A stretch of 63,753 bases of DNA. It comes from a bacterium. Lineage in GTDB: Bacteria > UBP14 > UBA6098 > JAFGQG01. This document shows positions 62,589 through 63,753 of this stretch, piece after piece (the stretch's first letter is position 1; every line of letters begins with the position of its first letter). The notes beneath the pieces are model-generated. The model ran no database searches. It was given only the letters and a program-made list of their open reading frames with translations, and had not been told where the DNA came from. The stretch spans positions 1-63,753 of the forward strand of contig JAFGGQ010000010.1 in the NCBI GenBank assembly GCA_016930435.1, given 5' to 3'. The translations under genes were made by a program, and so were the position numbers.

Positions 62589-63753
62589 TTACTCTTTCAA
62601 ACCCTTTCTGGCAGCTTTAAAAGATATCTCAATACGGCGGTTCAGCAGCCGTCCCTCCGGCCATCGGTTTTCACCTAATATTTTTTCCCGTAATTCATTA
62701 TTCTCCCTGAACAAAATTCTTGCCGGGCGGGTAGCGCCCTGTCCCCCGATGGTCACCGTAACACCAATGGCCTTCAACCAGTTTTCGGCCTCTTCGTGAC
62801 TGCGGAATCCACCCTGGAAGCTAATCTGATCGAAAAGAAGAATGTAGCCAAGTTCAGCCCGACGCCGGGAAAGCTCATTATTATATCGCTCTTCACCAAT
62901 GGTATCGGCATGACCGGTTATTGTAAGCTCATATCCCGCACCGGCTGAATCTATAATGGTCAGCATACCCTCCACAAAAACAGGGAGCTGGCTTACCTGA
63001 TAAAGGCTGACCGGCTGTGGCAGGTCAAATTCACAACGGGTTAAACTCGTGATCATCTCACTTTGAACCCTATCCGTTGAATATATTGTGATTGGTTCGG
63101 AGTACGCGGTATCGCTCAAGCCCAGCGTATCGGTCAGGTTCAACCTGAAGCGCTCACCCCCCGAAAGCGACAACCGGTTCCCTAAAAGCTCCGACCAATG
63201 CAGTTCAAGGGTATCAATATTAATATCAAATAATTCTACATCTGTCAATATATTCCCAGAGGGATCAAGGAGAACGAGTTCACCCTCCTTCAGGGGGGTT
63301 TCACCTTCTAATGTTATAGCCACTGAAAAACCATCCTTTTCCAGTTCATAGGCCCGTAGTATCTCTTTCACCGGAAGGGGGGCGGCAAGTATCCCTTCAG
63401 CCGAAAGCTGAACGCTGAGCGTACTCAATCCTTTTCCCCTGAGCATCCTTATTCTATCGGGCTCCTTTAATTTCAGGATTTCCATCAAGGTGTTCTTAAC
63501 GTCCTGAAAAACTTTAAAATTAAGCTCCCAGGGTATTTCGACGAGGACATCAAATGCAGGATTATCACTTAGTATCCCTTTCTCCAGGTCCCAGGTATAA
63601 TCGGAAATGAGGGCCTGAATATCTCCACCGGCCGGGAAACAGACCGATTCCGGGAGGTTTGCCCGGAGTTCAAATTCCACCCTCTGGTTTTCAGCAAAGA
63701 TCAATTTATGGTATTTTTCTTCCGGGTCCGGAACATTCAGTTTACTTATTTCC
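62589..63753 (-). CDS. OmpA-family (peptidoglycan-associating C-terminal domain) protein, 5' end beyond the window
   Basis: The C-terminal OmpA_C-like motifs are TITGHADTIGEERYNNELSRRRA .. NRRIEISF. The reading frame stays open upstream of the tracked TTG at 63704 as far as the window edge. Confidence 0.7.
   Translation of the reverse strand, partial: EISKLNVPDPEEKYHKLIFAENQRVEFELRANLPESVCFPAGGDIQALISDYTWDLEKGILSDNPAFDVLVEIPWELNFKVFQDVKNTLMEILKLKEPDRIRMLRGKGLSTLSVQLSAEGILAAPLPVKEILRAYELEKDGFSVAITLEGETPLKEGELVLLDPSGNILTDVELFDINIDTLELHWSELLGNRLSLSGGERFRLNLTDTLGLSDTAYSEPITIYSTDRVQSEMITSLTRCEFDLPQPVSLYQVSQLPVFVEGMLTIIDSAGAGYELTITGHADTIGEERYNNELSRRRAELGYILLFDQISFQGGFRSHEEAENWLKAIGVTVTIGGQGATRPARILFRENNELREKILGENRWPEGRLLNRRIEISFKAARKGLKE

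Noticed and set aside
1-63753. A search by eye for tRNA, rRNA, CRISPR arrays and riboswitch-like leaders in all intergenic gaps.
   Set aside because: The gaps are short or AT-rich and show no cloverleaf-compatible stems, no repeat-spacer periodicity and no conserved leader motifs that I recognise. Covariance-model scans (tRNAscan-SE, Infernal/Rfam) would be needed to be sure.

Overview
This 63.7-kb chromosomal window comes from an uncultivated Gram-negative bacterium. Type-A T9SS C-terminal sorting domains point to an FCB-superphylum-like lineage; no finer taxonomy can be supported from the sequence. I call 56 CDS, and nearly all genes from 1.3 to 55.8 kb lie on the minus strand. I recognised no rRNA, tRNA, CRISPR array, integrase or transposase. 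Housekeeping content: pyrF-pyrE; recA-thpR-cinA-pgpA; pilT; ftsK; a nadD-bamD-like-rimO operon; a complete spc+alpha ribosomal protein cluster (rpsQ to rplQ, including secY, adk, map, infA and an untracked rpmJ); yceD-rpmF-fabHDG; hisS-hutH; nagZ; and an OmpA-family gene. The unusual part is 27.0-55.8 kb. It holds five consecutive minus-strand genes (0.8, 4.3, 2.4, 4.7 and 8.9 kb) for signal-peptide proteins that all end in the same T9SS sorting domain. They share a recurrent ~140-aa module that I cannot assign to any family, and none has a recognisable catalytic motif. These genes are punctuated by strong hairpin terminators and TTGACA-type promoters. Upstream lie a Wzi-like outer-membrane beta-barrel gene and a Wbp-type sugar-nucleotide / priming glycosyltransferase cluster. 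A sixth paralog sits at 58.8-61.2 kb on the plus strand. All domain assignments are by eye from motifs and need HMM or structure searches.
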